From Myxococcota bacterium (lineage in GTDB: Bacteria; Myxococcota_A; UBA9160; JAFDDA01): a stretch of DNA of 64,000 nucleotides. The DNA lies in contig OZ245817.1 in the NCBI GenBank assembly GCA_965228475.1, positions 2,016,001-2,080,000 of the forward strand, written 5' to 3'. Both the position numbers and the translations under genes were made by a program. Of this stretch, positions 59,934-64,000 are shown one piece after another; position 1 is the stretch's first letter, and each line of letters begins with the position of its first letter. Under the pieces are notes generated by a model. That model was not told where the DNA came from, ran no database searches, and worked only from the letters and a program-made list of their open reading frames with translations.

Positions 59934-61943
59934 GTGTGTGGCATCACGGGCATTCTGAGGATTGGCGATCGTCCGGTCGAGCCGGAGCGCCTTCGACCGA
60001 TGTGCGATGCCATCGCCCACCGCGGCCCGGACGACGCGGGCTACGCCTTCTTCCGGCAGGGGGGAAGCAAGACCCACGAGGGCGGCTACTGGGTCCAGTT
60101 CGCCGACGAGGCGTTCCGGCACGTCAACGAGCACCTGCCGGCACTTCAGGGCGAGTACGCGCGGCGGGAGTTCTCCCAGCAGTCCTTCGACCTGGCCCTC
60201 GGCCACCGTCGCCTCTCGATCCTCGACCTCTCTCCGCTCGGCCATCAGCCCATGTCGACGTCGGACCGGACGGACTGGGTCGTGTTCAACGGCGAGATCT
60301 ACAACTTCCGGGAACTTCGGGAGGAGCTCGAGGGGAAGGGTCACGTCTTCCGCACGCGGACGGACACCGAGGTGCTCTTGGCGCTCTGGCGGGAGCACGG
60401 CCCGGAGGCCCTCGAGCGCCTCGACGGCATGTTCGCCCTCGCGCTCTACGACCGCATGGCCGGCAAGCTCGTCCTGGCGCGCGACCGTTTCGGCGTGAAG
60501 CCGCTCTACTGGTCGGCGGCGGGTGACTTCCTCGTCTTCGCGAGCGAGCCGAAGGCGATCCTGGCGAGCGGTCTCGTAGAAGCGCGCCTCGACCCGGCCT
60601 CGGTCGCCGAGTACATGACCTTCCAGAACATGTACGGAGATCGGGTGATCTTCGAGAACATGAACCTGCTCCAGCCGGGCGAGAGCCTGACCTTCCGCGT
60701 CGGTGGCGGCCGGCCGGAGCGGCGCCGCTTCGCCGACGGGACCGCACCCGATGCGGAGGCGCTCGAGGCTGCGAACCTCGGCTTCGAGCCGGCGGCCGAG
60801 CGCGTGGGCGAGGTCTTCGGCGAGGCGGTCCGGCGCCAGCTCGTCAGCGACGTCCCCGTCGGGGCGTACCTCTCGGGTGGGATGGATTCCGGGTCGCTCG
60901 TCGCCGTGGCCGCCCGGTCGATCGGCCGGCTGACCACGTTCACCGGAGGGTTCGACCTCACGAACGTGAGCGGCATCGAGCAGGGCTTCGACGAGCGCGA
61001 GCTCGCCGAGCAGCTCTCCTACCTGATGCAGACCGAGCACTACGCGGTGGTGCTGCACGCCGGCGACATGCCGGCGGCCATGGAAGAGATCGCCTGGCAC
61101 GTGGACGACCCGCGTCTCGGGATGTGTCATCAGAACTGGTACGTGGCCAAGCTCGCCAGCCGCTTCGTGAAGGTCTGCCTCGCGGGGGCCGGCGGCGACG
61201 AGCTCTTCGGCGGCTACCCCTGGCGCTATCGCTCGGCGCTCGCGGCCGCCAATGCCGGGGACTTCGACGAGCGCTACTTCCACAGCTGGCATCGCCTGCT
61301 GCCGCCCGACCAGCTCCCACATCTCTTCCAGGATTGGATGCGGCCGCACCTCGACGGCTGCTTCGGCGCCTTCCGCGGCATGCTCGACGACGAACTCGTG
61401 GAGAGCGGCGCGGACCCCACCGCATCGCTGATCGACCGGGCCCTGCGCTTCGAGTTCCGGACCTTCATGCACGGCTTCCTCATGATCGAGGACCGCATGG
61501 CCATGGCTCACGGCCTCGAGTCGCGCGTACCGTTCCTCGACAACGCGCTCGCTGCCCTGGCCTGGGCACTCCCGGCGAAGCACAAGGTCGACCTCGCTTC
61601 GTTCGCGGACGATGCGGCGTTCGTCGAGACCGCCGACGGCAAGCTCGTGCTGCGCCGGGCGATGGAGGAGTACCTCCCGAAGAGCTTCACCCAGCAGCGC
61701 AAGCAGGGTTTCTCGCCGCCCGACGAGAACTGGTATCGGGGCCCCTCGATGAACTACGTGAAGGAGATCCTGCTCGATCCGAAGACCGCGGACCGGCCGT
61801 GGTTCGACGCGAAGTTCGCCGGGAACCTCCTCGACCAGCACTTCCGCGGAGAACGCAACCACCGCCTGCTGATCTGGTCGCTGCTTTCCCTGGAGTGGTT
61901 GCAGCGGCACTTCACCGACTCGCCGCCCCGGCGTCTGGACTGA
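59934..61943 (+). CDS. asnB: Asparagine synthase-like glutamine amidotransferase (second paralogue)
   Basis: GTG-CGITG, HRGPD, NGEIYN, LSGGMDS, GGDELFGGY, EDRMAMAHGLESRVPFLD. Confidence 0.93.
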   Translation: MCGITGILRIGDRPVEPERLRPMCDAIAHRGPDDAGYAFFRQGGSKTHEGGYWVQFADEAFRHVNEHLPALQGEYARREFSQQSFDLALGHRRLSILDLSPLGHQPMSTSDRTDWVVFNGEIYNFRELREELEGKGHVFRTRTDTEVLLALWREHGPEALERLDGMFALALYDRMAGKLVLARDRFGVKPLYWSAAGDFLVFASEPKAILASGLVEARLDPASVAEYMTFQNMYGDRVIFENMNLLQPGESLTFRVGGGRPERRRFADGTAPDAEALEAANLGFEPAAERVGEVFGEAVRRQLVSDVPVGAYLSGGMDSGSLVAVAARSIGRLTTFTGGFDLTNVSGIEQGFDERELAEQLSYLMQTEHYAVVLHAGDMPAAMEEIAWHVDDPRLGMCHQNWYVAKLASRFVKVCLAGAGGDELFGGYPWRYRSALAAANAGDFDERYFHSWHRLLPPDQLPHLFQDWMRPHLDGCFGAFRGMLDDELVESGADPTASLIDRALRFEFRTFMHGFLMIEDRMAMAHGLESRVPFLDNALAALAWALPAKHKVDLASFADDAAFVETADGKLVLRRAMEEYLPKSFTQQRKQGFSPPDENWYRGPSMNYVKEILLDPKTADRPWFDAKFAGNLLDQHFRGERNHRLLIWSLLSLEWLQRHFTDSPPRRLD

Positions 61944-61947
61944 GCCG

Positions 61948-62850
61948 GTGCGCGTCCTGGTGACCGGCGCGAACGGCTTCCTGGGTCGTCGCCTCGTGGG
62001 CGAGCTCGTCCGGGCGGGTTGCGACGTCACGGCCCTGGTCCGGCCGGGTTCGACCGCCGGCCTCGAGGGGATCACCTGCCGTCGCGTCGAGGCGGACCTG
62101 GGCTCGCGCGCGCCCGTCGCCGACCCTGGCCCGCACGACGCGGCCTATCTGCTCGCACAGTCCGCCGCGTACCGGAGTGGCCTGGCCGGCGCGACCGACG
62201 TGATGGCGGTGAACCTCATGGGGCTGGCGCGTTCCCTCGAGATCGCACGTGCGGCGGGGGTACGGCGCGTCTTCTCCTACTCGAGCGGCAGCGTCTACGC
62301 CCCGAGTTTCGATCCGCTGCCCGAGGAGAGCCCGGCTGCAGGCGAGAGCCTCTACCCGATGAGCAAGCGCATGGGGGAAGAGCTCGTCGCGAGGTTCGAA
62401 GGCGAGTTCGAGCTGTGCATCGTCCGGCCGTTCATCGTCTACGGCCCTGGCCAGGAGGACCGGATGATCCCGGACCTGGTCAGCCGGGTGGCCGAGGGGC
62501 GGGCCGTGACGCTGGCCCCGCGGGTCCGGGGTGAAGCGCGCCCCTCGGGACTGGTGACGACGCCGTGCCACGTCGACGACGCGGCGCGCATCAGTGCGGG
62601 GCTTCTCGGGAGCGATGCGCCGGGCGTCCTGAACCTCGCCGGCCGGGAACGGATCTCGGTGCGCGACGTCGCCGAGCTCGCCGGGGAACGTCTCGGCCGG
62701 GAACCGGTGCTCGAAGCGCTCGACGAGCCGCGCGCCGGGGACTTCATCGCGGACACGACGCGGCTCGAGAAGCTGCTGGCCCCCCAGTTCCTGCCTTTCT
62801 CCGAGGGCCTGGGGGAGGTCATCGCCGACGCCGGGCTCGCTCCGGCCTAG
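61948..62850 (+). CDS. NAD-dependent epimerase/dehydratase/reductase (extended SDR)
   Basis: TGANGFLG, SSGSVY, YPMSK, VYGPGQ. Confidence 0.9.
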   Translation: MRVLVTGANGFLGRRLVGELVRAGCDVTALVRPGSTAGLEGITCRRVEADLGSRAPVADPGPHDAAYLLAQSAAYRSGLAGATDVMAVNLMGLARSLEIARAAGVRRVFSYSSGSVYAPSFDPLPEESPAAGESLYPMSKRMGEELVARFEGEFELCIVRPFIVYGPGQEDRMIPDLVSRVAEGRAVTLAPRVRGEARPSGLVTTPCHVDDAARISAGLLGSDAPGVLNLAGRERISVRDVAELAGERLGREPVLEALDEPRAGDFIADTTRLEKLLAPQFLPFSEGLGEVIADAGLAPA

Positions 62851-62863
62851 GCGACGAGGCCCC

Positions 62864-64000
62864 TCAGCCGCGGCGCAGGAAATCGACCACCGTCTCCGCG
62901 ACGTGCTCGAGCTGGGCCTTCTCGAGTTCGGGGTACACGGGGATCGCGAGTGTCTCCGCCGCGGCGGCCTCGGTCACGGGAAGGTCGCCTTCGCCGTAGC
63001 CGAGCTCGGCAAAACACGCCTGCTGATGGAGCCCGAGCGGGTAGTAGATCTCGCTTCCGATCTGACGCTCGCGCAGGGCCTCGCGAAGCGGATCGCGAAG
63101 CTCGGCCGGCACGCGCAGCACGTACTGGTTGTAGATGTGGGATGCCGCCGCGGGTGCGGGCTGCGGCGTCCGCAAGGGGAGGGTGCCGTCGTTCTCGGCG
63201 CCCGTGGGCGCGGCGCCGGCCCGCGCGAACGCGTCGTCGTACCAGGCGGCGTTCTCCTGGCGGCGCTTCGTCCAGTCGTCGAGATGCCGGAGCTTGACCC
63301 GTACGACCGCGGCCTGGATGGCGTCGAGGCGGGAGTTCACACCCACGAGGCTGTGATAGTACTTCGGCTTCGAACCGTGCAGGCGGAGCTTGGCCATGCG
63401 TTCGGCCAGATCGGGGTCTCCCGTGGTGACGATCCCGCCGTCCCCGAAAGCACCGAGGTTCTTCGAAGGGAAGAAGCTGAAACACCCGACCGTCGCCCGC
63501 GAGCCGGCCCGGGCGCCGGACCCATCGCGGGCGCCGATCGCCTGGGCGGCATCTTCGACGACGGGGACGCCGAACTCCTGCCCGAGGGCCAGGAGGCCGT
63601 CCAGGTCGGCGACCTGCCCGAAGAGGTCGACCGGGAGCAACGCCTTCAGCTGTGTGCAGCGGCTCGCGGCTTCGCGGACCTTCGCGAGGTCCACGTTGTA
63701 CGTGACCGGCTCGATGTCGCAGAACACGGGGCGAGCGCCCAGTCGCCAGACGGCTCCGGCGGTGGCGAAGAACGTATAGGAAGGGCAGACGACCTCGTCG
63801 CCCGGGCCGACGCCAAGGGCCATCAGGGCCAGCAGCAGCGCATCGGAACCCGAGGCGCAGCCGACGGCGTGCGGCGCATCGGAATAGGCGGCGATCTCCT
63901 TCTCGAGGGCCTGGACCTCGGGGCCCATGATGAAGTGCTGGCTCTCGAGGACGCCGGCGATGGCCGCGCCGATCTCGTCGCGCAGGGTCGCGTACTGGGC
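62864..64000 (-). CDS. DegT/DnrJ/EryC1/StrS sugar aminotransferase (start lies beyond the right edge)
   Basis: Frame open to the edge (AQYATLRDEI...HFIMGPEV); EDAAQAIG, SFFPSKNLGAFGDGG, NSRLDAIQAA. Confidence 0.95.
   Translation of the reverse strand, partial: AQYATLRDEIGAAIAGVLESQHFIMGPEVQALEKEIAAYSDAPHAVGCASGSDALLLALMALGVGPGDEVVCPSYTFFATAGAVWRLGARPVFCDIEPVTYNVDLAKVREAASRCTQLKALLPVDLFGQVADLDGLLALGQEFGVPVVEDAAQAIGARDGSGARAGSRATVGCFSFFPSKNLGAFGDGGIVTTGDPDLAERMAKLRLHGSKPKYYHSLVGVNSRLDAIQAAVVRVKLRHLDDWTKRRQENAAWYDDAFARAGAAPTGAENDGTLPLRTPQPAPAAASHIYNQYVLRVPAELRDPLREALRERQIGSEIYYPLGLHQQACFAELGYGEGDLPVTEAAAAETLAIPVYPELEKAQLEHVAETVVDFLRRG

Overview
Very GC-rich bacterial chromosomal segment. Gene content and order suggest a diderm deltaproteobacteria/Myxococcota-like host, but this is inference only. 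No CRISPR, rRNA, transposase or integrase was seen. Layout: (1) 1-9.6 kb, minus-strand type II secretion operon gspC-D-E-F-G-H-I-J-K, continuing off the left edge; its secretin carries an apparent C-terminal SPOR peptidoglycan-binding domain. (2) 9.8-21.7 kb: an unknown membrane-anchored protein, dnaK-hsp20-lon, an OmpA/MotB-like lipoprotein, glycerate kinase, ABC1/AarF kinase, GNAT, class I aldolase, flavin reductase and a DsbA-like protein. (3) 21.8-26.4 kb: gap-pgk-tpiA-secG, a PEP-CTERM gene and tRNA-Leu(GAG). (4) 26.4-30.4 kb: a degenerate-looking penicillin-acylase family gene, a full-length DinB homologue lacking its catalytic residues but keeping the beta-clamp motif, and a PilZ protein. 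(5) 30.7-64 kb: a large surface-glycan locus with gpgS-like, kdsA, WcaJ-type priming transferase, GT-C and GT4 enzymes, wzm/wzt, two AsnB amidotransferases, two DegT aminotransferases, four methyltransferases, a sulfotransferase, a 2OG-Fe(II) oxygenase, two deacetylase-like proteins, an acyltransferase and a second PEP-CTERM gene. Two perfect ~30-bp inverted repeats (17525-17587 and 30523-30624) look like REP/REPIN/MITE-type elements. All assignments come from reading motifs by eye; no searches were run.
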